Origin: Felis catus | Lineage: Eukaryota | NCBI RefSeq assembly: GCF_018350175.1 | Contig: NC_058368.1 | Location: 66,838,001 to 66,902,000, forward strand | Length of the DNA stretch: 64,000 nt | Direction of reading: 5' to 3' | Shown here: in pieces, positions 23,112 to 34,530 of the stretch | Layout of the letters: each line of letters begins with the position of its first letter | Numbering within the stretch: position 1 is the first letter of the stretch | The notes under the pieces: generated by a model | The model's input: only the letters and a program-made list of their open reading frames with translations | Told to the model about the DNA's origin: nothing | The model's database searches: none | Position numbers and translations under genes: made by a program

Positions 23112-24509
23112 AAAAGAGTTCTGCCACTTGACGTTATGTAACATAAATAGCTTAGTTTAAGACTTATTAAAGATTGAAGGTTCTATTATTGAAAACATAA
23201 TTATTAGTCTACGGTACGCTAATTTAGCATAGTTTACATAAACTGAGCGTATTTCCTTTCCTGTAAATAATAAAAATTTTCAATAGGTTCTCTTCTATCA
23301 TGAGCTTTGAATGCAACACGACCGCCGTTATGATGCTAAGCCAGCCATAGAGAGAGAAGCCACAAGGCTAAAGGCGCTGTCTTTGAAACAACCTTATTTG
23401 TCACTGTTCAAACTCAGGACAGGAGCATCTTAGACTTTGCTTGTTTAGGGTAGGGGTTGTCAGGCAGAGTCATGACGCACCATGGTGTCAAGGTCAGTGT
23501 TGTTAAATAATAACAGTAATGACAATAATAACTGTGAAATGATTTTTTTCTGGGTTTTTTTTGTGGGGGAGTAGGAGGAGGGTGCTGGTAATCAAAGCAG
23601 AGGCCGGACCAGTCCCTAAGAGCTTCACTGTCTCTCTCGAGTCTGAAAAGCTGCCTCGAGTGGCATCCCTGCTAAGTGCCCAGGGAAGTGCAAAGGGTGC
23701 CAGGAATCACATATAACCTGCAGCCCAGGTCACCTTGTCACAGGCTGTTGAGCCAGGCCTGGGGGAGTGCAGTCTGTGGTCAGGGCCCCTGTGTTTGGCG
23801 GTGTTGGCTGCGTGGCCTGATTTCAAAGTTACTTCCATGTTCTTTTTCCTTTTACTGATGGATAAAATTTTAATAAGGAAGAAGCCCGAGACAGACGACA
23901 AGATACAAATAGGGTATCCTCACTGTGCTATGATCAAGAAAGAGGCCATGGACATTCCTCTTGGTACCAAAGTCAACGCAATAATCTAAATTAAGTTTTT
24001 AACCATTCTGAGTATTAATAAAAACACACGAGAACAAGATACTCTGGCTGTCATTTTAGCAATTAACTATAAATTGTAAGTGCTTATTTTCCAATAGTAT
24101 TTGCCACATGCCTTATTAATATTACCTGGAGAGGGAAGATCTAAGAGAGAAAAAAAATCAAGATTCCTTTTAAGGATCAACATTTCAAAATTTGGGTTAG
24201 TGTATATATTTAAGTATTTCTTCCTCATAAAGAGACAGGATTTTTTTTTGAGACGTTAACATTGGTTAACTATGACAAATGCTTTAAAAATAACAGGTCA
24301 GGGAGAATGCTGTGGCTTTATTTGGGAATTTCCACATCTGGCTGCACCTGCAGAAGCATGAACAGGAACCATGTGCCAGCTGCCAGAGCAAAACGAATCT
24401 CAAATCTAGGGCAAGTGGGTCCAATGAGAATCAACGCTTCTGATTCCACGGGGTCAGCCTAGTTCTTCTGTATGTTCTGAAATAAACCATTGCCCACTGT
24501 GGTAAGTAA

Positions 24510-24715
24510 CAATGAGAAGCAAAACAGCTCGCAGGCATATGGTACTTTGCTAGGTACCAAGTGTGTTAGCTCCATGAATGCGTTCAATCCTCAGAACACT
24601 GTTATTAAGATTTCCTTTTTTTTTTTTTTTACATAAAGAAACTAGCCCAAGATCATACGGATGGGAAAAGGCAGAGCTGAGATTCAAGCTTGGGTTCAGT
24701 ATGTGCACTCTTAAT
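24510..24715 (-). mobile_element. MIR
   Basis: gcccaagatcatacgg...ggcagagctgagattcaagc. Confidence 0.55.
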
Positions 24716-24762
24716 TGAGGTACCCCGTTGTGTCCGGTCCATCAGCCTAGTTAACCTAAGGT

Positions 24763-25082
24763 CAGGGGCTGACACATCTTGGCCATGGGCCAAATCCAGC
24801 CCACCACTTGTTTTTGTATGGCCTGTGAGCTAAGAACAGTTTTTGTGGTTTTAAATGATTTTTTTTTAATCTAAAGGAGTATTAGATTTTGTGACCTGTA
24901 AACATTACATAACATGTATGATTCAGCGCCCATAAAGTTTTATTGGAACACAAGCATCGTTCATTCGTTTACACATCATCTAAGGCTGCTTTTGCACTGA
25001 AGTGGTAGAGCTGAGTAGAAACTGTATGGCCCAAAAGACCAAAAATATTTACTATTTGACTCTTTGAAGACAAAGTTTGCCT
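24763..25082. mobile_element. MER58B-like hAT-Charlie
   Basis: gggccaaatccagcccacc...ataaagttttattggaacaca...aaaatatttactatttgactcttt. Confidence 0.85.
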
Positions 25083-25662
25083 GAGGTCATCAATTGAGCC
25101 ACTAAGGGAAGGGAAGAAGCCAGATTCACCAAAAATAACATGGAAGCTGGCCGAATGGGTCAAGTTCATCCATCTGTCTCAAGTACAGGTATAGAAGTTA
25201 CCAGTTAAAGCTTTGTTGAATGCTGGTCTGTTGGAATGTTCCAGGACATTCTGGAATTTCTGAGTCCTCCACAGCAACTTCTGTCTTAAAAGAAAGACAA
25301 GAAATGACAAGTTGCAGTTGGGACAAAATGGCGAGAAGGTGATTTCATGTAATGTTTTTAAACATTTTACAAAATCCATTTTTGTACTTTCAGATGGGGG
25401 AAATAACCCACCAAGATCATTGCAATAACATTCCCACCTGGTGATGGTTCAAGGCAGGATAGCATTTTCTGGAAAGTTTAAGATTTCCAAATTAAACTCT
25501 TTGAAAAACAAAGCAAAACTCTTTCAAACTGAGAAAGAGAGTTCCATGATTAAATGTTTTGTTTTGTTTTGTTTTGTTTTAGCAGTAATAAAATGTCAGT
25601 AAATTGTATTTGCTGAAAATAAAATCAGACTAGTTTATTTTTTTAATTAAACAGCCTTTTGA

Positions 25663-25882
25663 GGGGCGCCCGGGTGGTTTAGCTGGTTAGGCATCCAACT
25701 CTTGATTTCAGCTCATATCATGATCCAGGGTCATGGGATCGAGCCCTGCGGTGGGGGCTCTGCACAGGCAGCACGGAGCCTGTTTGGGATTCTCTGTCTC
25801 CCTCCCTCTCTGCCCCTCCCCGACTCACACTGTGCCTGTGTCTCTCAAAATAAATAAATAAACTTAAAAAAAAAACACAAAA
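25663..25882 (+). mobile_element. CanSINE
   Basis: TSD aaacagc(c/t)ttttga at 25649-25662 and 25883-25896. Confidence 0.92.
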
Positions 25883-26622
25883 AAACAGCTTTTTGAATGA
25901 AGTTAATTGTTTCTCAGGTGTAAACTATATTTTAATATTCAGAATTAACTAAACACTGGCTCAAAGTCACCAAATGCTAAAAATAGATACATGTGCCTGT
26001 CTTGGAAGTAAGAGTGAATAAAACCATTTGTTCTCTAAAATATTTTAAATATTTGCTCCGGAATAACAGTTGTACTATTATTTCACATAATCTCTATCAA
26101 ATGGATTTGTTCAGTAGAGAGAAATCAAAAGCTGACTTACACCAAATCTGAATTCATGATTTTTAAATGTTTCAACGACCGATTGTTCAGCCACGCCCCA
26201 AAGGAAATGACATGCTTCAGGAAACATCTATGCAGATCCAGGCAGCTCTGGATTTTTGCAGACCTGAACTGAGATGTGCTAAATAGCAAATAAAGGAGAA
26301 GAGTAAATGTTCCACTCCACTCCACCGACATTTACTGATTCCTTCCCTCTTAGTGCCTCACTCTCTGCTAGATTCTGGAGCCACGAAGAGGACCGGGACA
26401 CATTTGCCACCCTTACGTGGGTTCTCAACTATCATTTTGACACCTTTCCTGCACTTCTACTTCCGGAGGGGTTTTTTCTCCACCTTTCTTTCTGTCCCAC
26501 CTGGTGATCTCAGTCTCTCCCGCTGACGGTCTTACATTCACAGGAGACGTTTTAGGTGATCATTTTCCACATCCTTCCTGGTCTCCAGGAATAGAAGTGT
26601 GCAGCCTGCCAACATAAGAACA

Positions 26623-27108
26623 CGTCAATCGGTTGTCCGTTGCCACAATCACGCTACGCAACTAATCTGTTATAACAATAATGTTACACAACAATCATAA
26701 CACTTCAATAGATATAAGAGTACGCATCCATTCAGCTCGTGAGACTCTGAGGTGAAGCTGGTCTGGCCGCACTCGGCAGAGGCCTGGCTGCAGGGTGGTG
26801 AGTACATTTGCCGGGTTGGGCCGGGCTTGTTTGCATGTGTGGAGGTCAGCCGGCTGTTGGCCGATCCAAGGTGGCCCAGTTCATCAACCTGCAGGCTAGC
26901 CCAGGCAGGTCCTTCTCATGGAGATGACAGAGAGGGCAAGAGTGACCAGGCCAAATAGTTCAAGGTGCCTTTCAAGTTTCTGCCTGTATCACGTCAGCTG
27001 CCATCCCACGGGCCAAATTAGTCACTTGGCCGAGCCCAGCTTTGGAATGGAAGAGTCACACAAAGTGACATGGTGGGCAGTGGGGGCATCCTTTGCAGTC
27101 CACCACGC
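26623..27108 (-). mobile_element. MLT1-type solo LTR (ERVL-MaLR)
   Basis: gcaggctagcccaggc, ggccaaattagtcacttggccgagccca, ends tttgcagtccaccac. Confidence 0.75.
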
Positions 27109-27779
27109 ATGTGAGCAAAACTAAGAACTCCAAATGTAGATTATCTTTATTATGAAATATGTAAGCGGAAGTCTATGTAAATCAACGAAGAGGAATCGTG
27201 TCATGAGGCAATTGTGAACATCACTCTATATTTTAAAGGATCTCAGCAAAGTGTTAGACTCCATCTGCTGAACCTGGTCCAGGCTAGTCCTTTCATGATA
27301 CCTCCCACAGCTCAGGAGATACTGGGACACAGGAGCAGCCTGAAATCAGCGTGGGTCCCGGGATGACGGTTACTACCATATGTGACATCGAGAACAGCAA
27401 GAAATCATCACTTCTCTCTTGGTTGTTGGAAGCAGGTCAAAGGCAAATACAAATACCTCTAATAGCCAATTAAGTTAAAGGAAAGTTCACATTCTCACCT
27501 GCAGAAAAATACAGAACTTCCTCAGGAACAGGAGCATGCCCAGTAAGGATACCTAATAGCCCCATCCGTTTTGAGACATAATTGCATATAACCCCTGTCC
27601 TCTGAATAAAGTAAACTTAAGCCAATTGAAACTAAAGTTGTCTAGACTAACTCACTAAGCGTGTGAATGTTGATAGTGTTGAGGAGACAGAGGCATCAGG
27701 GTATATATCACACAAAAAAAACTGACGAGTGGAAAAATGGGCACAGCTTACATGGACCTTGGTGACAGGAACTGTTTCT

Positions 27780-28765
27780 TTTTTTTTAATTGTGATTTAA
27801 GAAAGCATATGGCATGAGATCTACCCTCTTGACAGAATCTTAAATATGCAGTATAGTGTTAACTCTACACACGATGTTGTACAGCCGATCTCTAGAACTG
27901 TTCCATCTTGCATGACTGAGACTTTAATTTTTTTTTAACGTTTATTTATTTTTGAGACAGAGAGAGACAGAGCATGAATGCGGGAGGGTCAGAGAGAGAG
28001 GGAGACACAGAATCTGAAACAGGCTCCAGGCTCTGAGCCGTCAGCACAGAGCCCGATGCGGGGCTCGAACTCACGGACATGAGATTATGACCTGGGCCGA
28101 AGTCGGACGCTCAACCGACTGAGCCACCCAGGCGCCCCGCATGACTGAGACTTTATACCCACAGAACTGCAGCTCCACAGCTCCCCCTCTACCAGCCATT
28201 CTCCTTTCTGTTCCGATGAGGCCGACTGTTTCAGACACCTCATAAAAGTAGAATCTTGTAGAATTTGTCCTTCTATTGGGGACAAATTCTGTCCTTCTGT
28301 GATGGGCTTAGTTCACTTAGCATAGTGTCCTCCAAGTTCATTCATAGTATAGCATATGTAGCACATTTCTTTATCCCTTCATCCATCCATCATGGATATT
28401 TGGGTTGTTTCTACCCCTTAGTAATTATAAATCATGCTACAGGGAACATAGGACTGCGAATTCCTGTGTGAGACCCTGATTCAATTCTATGCGATAAATA
28501 CCCAGAAGTGGGATTGCTTCATAGTAGGGTGGTTCTGTTTTTCATTTGTTGAGGAACCTCCATATTGTTTTCATAGAGGCTACACCAATTTACATTCCCA
28601 CCAACAGAGCACAAGGGCTTTACTCTCTCCACATTTCTTACAACACTTACTTTCTGGGTTTTTTATAATGGCCATCCTAAAAGGTATGAGGTGGTATCTT
28701 ATTGTGGTTTTAATTTGCATTTCCCTGATATTAGTGACACTGAGCATCATTTTGCAGACTATGTC
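27780..28765 (-). mobile_element. L1MA/MB-like 3' end, interrupted by a SINE
   Basis: tgttgtacagccgatctctagaac, ttacattcccaccaacag, gttttaatttgcatttccctgat. Confidence 0.9.
27927..28138 (-). mobile_element. SINEC_Fc-type SINE
   Basis: Perfect 17-bp TSD gcatgactgagacttta at 27910-27926 and 28139-28155. Confidence 0.96.
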
Positions 28766-29254
28766 TTCTTATCCACGTAATAGATAGATGCCATGTTTAT
28801 TTTACATTATTGAAAACAGGATAGGTTCTCTTGGTATATGTTCTTGGGAGATTCAAACACAAAAAGCTATTTCACTCTATAATACTTGTTTCACATATTA
28901 ATAATGATAAAATACTTAACACAACAAAACTGCATGTACTGCTTTGCAGAAAAACTCAAAAACTCCCCATTCATTCTCCTAGAATAATCTGCCTTTACTT
29001 AAGGGTTTCTGTACCCACTGTCGGAAGACTCAGTCTTCAGAATGTAAGCTCTGATCCCTCCTTAAAGGTATGAATAGTTGTCACAAGCATCTTTCCATTA
29101 CTGCAAAAAGGAAAGGAGGGGAAACAAAAGAAATTCCCAGTATGGGAGAGGAGGTCATTCCATACTCAGACATTGGTTTGTGCTAATGGGCTGTGCTTAT
29201 TCAATCAACAGGATCACTTTGACACATACAAACGCCACGTATTGGCCCTCCACT

Positions 29255-29413
29255 CAGGACAGGCTACATAATTTGCAGTCCTAGTGCAAGATGAAAATGC
29301 ATAACCTGTTGTTCAAAATGTATTAAGAGTTTCAAGACAGCAACTGCAGCACATTAAACCAAGTGCCAGGACCTTCTAACTGGAGGGTAGTCATGCCCAT
29401 GAAACCAGGCCGG
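29255..29413. mobile_element. MER45A-like hAT-Tip100
   Basis: caggacaggctacataatttgc...gcattaaaccaag-like core...gcccatgaaacc. Confidence 0.75.
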
Positions 29414-31254
29414 CCTCCGTGGTAAAAAGAAAAGAGGATCTTTTTGGGGCACCTGTCATACGTCAGAAAAATATGCACGACTAGCCCTGTGCTCCAAAAG
29501 TAGCACTAGAAGTGGTAGATAAGACCCTTCAAAACCAATGGGGAAAGAGGGCCCACAAATTGCACCTGTCGATATCAATTTTTTTTTTCTAGAAAATTCC
29601 AAGGATCACTTAATTTCAACACCCAGAGGTTGGAGTTTTGCAGTCAGCCAGGGCCAGACCACAAGGCATCAGTGCTTCCTTGCTTGTCATAATTAATTTC
29701 TTGGCAGTTGTTGCCGGGGGAGAGAAAAGTTACTGAGAATGACAGTCACACAATCTCCCCAACTGACACGAACACACGAAGTTCAGAGGAGACTTGGGGA
29801 AACCTGAATCAAACCCGGCTTTACCACGCTCCGTGTTAACTTACTAACCTTAAGCAGTGAGACAGCCATGAGAATGAGAAAGGAATTTAACAATGGGAAG
29901 TCATCTTTCCTAAGTACTTGCAATTAGCAGCGGTCCTAAGAATTTCACAATATGAAAATGGACATTTTGAGAAACCTAGCTTTGCAGCACTCAGCACTTA
30001 AGTAACCAAGTTTCCTTAAGCTTGTGGTGATTTATGATGTGAGCAGTTGGCCTCTTCATCTATTATTGTTGTCACCAGATTTATTTCCTTTAAAAAGTTT
30101 TTATTTATTTGAAAAAAACATAACCAGCAATACAATCAGAACTTGAGTGATTTCTTCTTGATTCTGCAAATTACATTAATGACATAATAACTTTAATATA
30201 AAAACCAGGGCTGTCAGATGGACACATCATCCAGTCGATGGAAACAAATCATTTTCTCTTATGTTTAATGATTCTCCCAAGAAGTAAATCTAAGAAAACA
30301 GCACAGTCAATCAATGAGGAGGTCGCATATAATTGTCTCTCTCATCAGCAGAATTGAAAACAAAAGTTTCCTTTATTGTGTGAATTTCAACTAGTGGAAA
30401 TCAATTCTTGCACACAGAGGGAGGGGAATGCATGGGGTGGACAGACATCAATGTCTGATTTTGATATTGTAAAGTCCCAGCAGAACAATTATTGCTTACC
30501 ATGGCTTTTTGTGACTGTCCAAATACTCTGCAAGTCAAGGTTAACTTACCTCTTTCAGGAAAACTCTGATTCTTTAAACCATGTCATGTACAATAGGGAG
30601 CTTGGAGAGTCTACGGTCCTGTCCTAACTTTGTCATGTGTCATGTTCTTGGAAAGACTGGAGACACCCTTCTCGATGAGGGCAGGCTGTGCAGTGAAGAC
30701 ATGATGTTTGCAGACTGAGAGCCATGTGTCTGGGTTGGACCCGCCTGCAGAGCTGCGTGGAGCTTCTTTGAACCTGGAGCTGCCCAAGAAGAACATGACA
30801 GGGGACCACTAAGTTAGCTCTGACTGCTCCTTTTAGACGCAGCCCAGCCAGGTCAATCATCCTAAAGCACAGCCACCCGCATGCCCTTCTTCAAACACCC
30901 TAGAGTGCCTCCCATCGTCGGCTGTCCACTTCTCCACATCTGCACTGCCCTTTTCCTCGTCCCAGTCCCCAGGGGAGCATGGATTCAGGGTTGGGACCTC
31001 AACTTTGCATTTTCAGGGCTTTGATTTTATTAGCTCACCCAGGGTATATTCACACCAACCAAGCTCCCGAGGCTGAGTCATAGCCAGAATAAGTTTTCAA
31101 GAAAATGTAATCACTCGGTAAGTAGAATTTTTCACCGGCTGCTCAGTATTTTCTTGAAAAAGAAACCCGAGGACTCTCAGTGGTCAAGGAGTAGAGCATG
31201 AGGAGTTGGTTGATCTTCATGAACAGTGCAGTCGTGGGATGATAGCCAGCATCA

Positions 31255-31590
31255 GTCAGGAAGTATTTGTTGTATGTCTACCAGCTGTCAAGTTCCAGGC
31301 CCTTGGGGTTCTTCAGTGCACAAAAATGACAAAGAACAAATTCCTTGTAGAGCTCGTATTCTATGGGCAGAGACAGACACTAAAAACAGTACATGATGAA
31401 GTAAGTAAATGATAGCAGTAAAAAAAGCAAATATATATAGCACTTACAATGTGGTTGATGCTGTTTTAAAGAGTTCATTTATTCCTCATAACATTCCACT
31501 TATCAGATCATATTACCATCCCAGGTTCGCAGAGGAGGGCACTGGCTTGCCAAAGGTCACACGTCTGACAAGAGGTAGATCCCATCCATC
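31255..31590 (-). mobile_element. L2 3' end plus MIR fragments
   Basis: aagtatttgttgtatgtctacc (L2); tcatttattcctcataaca...cttgccaaaggtcacac (MIR). Confidence 0.6.
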
Positions 31591-31599
31591 CTCTATGAA

Positions 31600-32400
31600 T
31601 TTTCTACTTCTTTGTACCTTATGGATACATATATACTTTACACCTTCATACCTTCTGGATATATTTGTAGGATAAAATCCTAGAAGCAAAATTATGGGAT
31701 CCAAAGGTATGTGTATTTTTAAGTTTATTTATTATTTTCAGAGAGAGTGTGAACAGGGGTGTGGCAGACAGAGAGGGAGAGAAAGAGAATCCTAAGCAGG
31801 CCCCATGCTGTCAGCACAGAGCCAGATGTGGAGATCAAACCCACAAACGCTTAAGATCATGACCTAAGCCAAAACCAAGAGTCAGAGGCTCTACTGACTG
31901 TGCCACCCGGATGCCCCAAGGTATGTGTATTTTAAATCTTGATTGATCATTTCAAATTGCTTTCCACAGAGGTCTTACCAATTTACAATTTATAATATGA
32001 GAGGGCTTTTCTCCACAGGCCCTTAATGGCACTGCATACATCCAGAGTTTTTTATCTTTATCAAGCTGATAGATGAGGAATGGCATCTCGTTTAGTATTT
32101 TAATTTCCAACTCTTTAATTGTGAGTGTGACCGAACATTTCTTTCTTTGTTAATTGACCGTGTGCGTCCGTGTGCGTGAGTGAACTGCCTGTTCTTGTCC
32201 TTTGCCCATTTTCTTTTGCGTTATTCATTTTTTTTATTAACTCATATGAGCTCTTTGTACATTAATGAAATTAACCCTTTGTCATTTATGTTCCAGGTAG
32301 TTGACCCAGTTTTTTACTTATTTTTTGTCTTTAAGATTTTTTTCTATGTGAACGTTTAACATAGCTCTCATTTTTTCACTTTATACTTTCTGTTTTTACT
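31600..32400 (-). mobile_element. Old L1 (L1ME-like), interrupted by a SINE
   Basis: tgtaggataaaatcctagaagcaaaattatgggatccaaaggtatg, cctgttcttgtcctttgcccatttt. Confidence 0.75.
31720..31917 (-). mobile_element. CanSINE
   Basis: TSD aaggtatgtgtatttt at 31704-31719 and 31918-31933. Confidence 0.9.
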
Positions 32401-32564
32401 GATTCACTTACTGAGAATCTCAAAGGCCTTTTCTCTATATCAGGGTGCATTGAACTCAAATGGACTAAAATTTCAATTTATATTTCCAAAAGAATTTTAT
32501 TCCAAATGAGTTACATATTTTGACTTTCAAAATAATACTATTTCAAAAATATGATTCATGATGT

Positions 32565-33520
32565 ATCTATGGCCAAGTGGGACAGAGGACATTATGGATT
32601 GGTGGATTCACAACTGGTTAAAATATTTTATTCTGTTAATATTAATCGAGATCCATGCAACCTAAAAGAAGATGGTATCTAGTGGCATATAACTAGTCTC
32701 CGTATTTAGTTCCATCCTGCTCGATTTTTTTTATTAAATACTTGAATTAGAATACAACGGGTATCCTTTCTAGATTTAGCAATGGCACAAAGCTGGATGG
32801 ATGTTAATACGCTCGATGTCAGATACATATTCAAATTGACTTTGACAGCTTGGAACAATCGGCAAAACTAATACGATGAAATTTAATAGGGACAAATGTA
32901 AAGTTCTGCAATGAGGTTTAAAAAAATGTTGGACCAATTATAAGATGAGAGACACCTGAGCCATTGGCAATTCAAATAAAATTGTTGAGGGGGTTTCATT
33001 TAATGAAACTTGCAATACTGGCCAATAGACAGAATTGCCAGAAGAGCTAATGAGATCTTGAATTGCATTAATAGAAATATTTCACCCAGAATAAAAACAG
33101 TAAGAGTCCCAGATGTATGTTTTGCTGGTATGCCTGAGCTGAGAGAACTGTTTTAGTTCTGAGTGTCATATTTTAAGAGATACATTGACAAAATGCAGTT
33201 CCTCCAAGAATGGAAACCATATCATTGGGATATTTAAGCCAGAAAAAAAAATATGTTACTGGAGAGTGAGTAATCACCTTTAGATATTTAAAGGACTAGG
33301 ATATGGAAGCATGATTTTACTTATCCTTTGTAATCACAGAGAGTGGGACTGAGACAGTGCAGTCACAGAAAGGGAAACATCTACTCTGTTTAAGAAAGAA
33401 TTCTCTACTATTTGGAGCTGTCCACAGATTGAATGATTGCCTGATGAGTGAGATTTACGTCATCAAGAATATTCAAGTGAGGTTCAGGGGCATCGTAAGA
33501 GAGGTCAAGCACTGGTTGAG
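32565..33520 (+). mobile_element. L3/CR1 LINE fossil (RT C-terminal region and 3' end)
   Basis: 32876-32911 translates MKFNRDKCKVLQ (CR1 RT motif); further remnants gctaatgagatcttgaattgcattaatagaa and ttttaagagatacattgacaaa; many stops and frameshifts. Confidence 0.85.
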
Positions 33521-34129
33521 ATCGGATATAAAATCAGTCACAGGGCATTTGTTACATGTTAAACAGAACCAGGTTTGCAGCTTCAATGTTAGTCCTATAA
33601 TAATGTCACCTTCAATTACCAGTATCCCATTAAGCATTGGCTGAATGGGAAAGAGAGGGACACGGTTGGTTTCAAGCTCTCTTATATAAGCTGCAGCCAA
33701 GGATATGAGTGCACCCTTGGAAGTATGTCTTGCACGAGAACATCCATCATGTCTGCTAAGGCAGGGGGAGAAAAGATGAAAACCCACTGGTCCAATGCTC
33801 TTTCAAAATTCCTTCCATTCTGGAGAACCTAAGATCTTGCATCTGGGAAAGCTGGGGTAGCTTCGGTCAGGAGAAAGTGATTGGAGACGGCTGGCAGAGG
33901 TTTAGGAAAGCAGTAGCTGCATCTGAGGTGAGGAGGGGTTTGGCCACAGGTAGGTTCTCCAGAGCAGGAGGTGGGACTTGGGTTAGTAAACAAACGAACT
34001 AAGGAAGAGATCAAAAGTGGAGCTTGGTCACATGGCAAGAAGCAAGAAACTAACTTTTGAAAGTAGAGTTCAATGAAACCAAGACCCGCATGCTCTTGAC
34101 CCAGCCTATTTCTGCCAATGTCATCCCCT

Positions 34130-34530
34130 ATCCTACCCTGGCCACACCAGACAGCTGCAGTTCCTGAACACATGGCCCTCTCGTTACACCTGCTGTCCCC
34201 TCTGCCTGGAACGTTCTCCCCCCACCCCTTTATCCATGGCGCTCTATCAGTCCTTCCTCCAGACCTGGCTCACACATCTGTGTGAAGTCTTCCCAAGCCT
34301 CTCCATGCAGAGATAGGCACCTCCTTCCCTGTGTTCTAAAAGCTCCTTACACATAAGGATTATATTAGTAATTATTAGTATTAATTATTCTGAATGTCTG
34401 ACTGCTGCACTAGACCATGAGCCCCTCAGAGCTAGAAACAATGTTCCACTGATTTTTCAAATCCTGCCAGGTACATATTTGTGGCTCAATAGGTATATGA
34501 TGAATGAATAAGCGAAGGAGTGAAGGAGTC
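34130..34530 (+). mobile_element. L2 3' end
   Basis: gctgtcccctctgcctggaacgttctcccc...ctagaccatgagccc...gctcaataggtatatgatgaatgaat. Confidence 0.8.
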
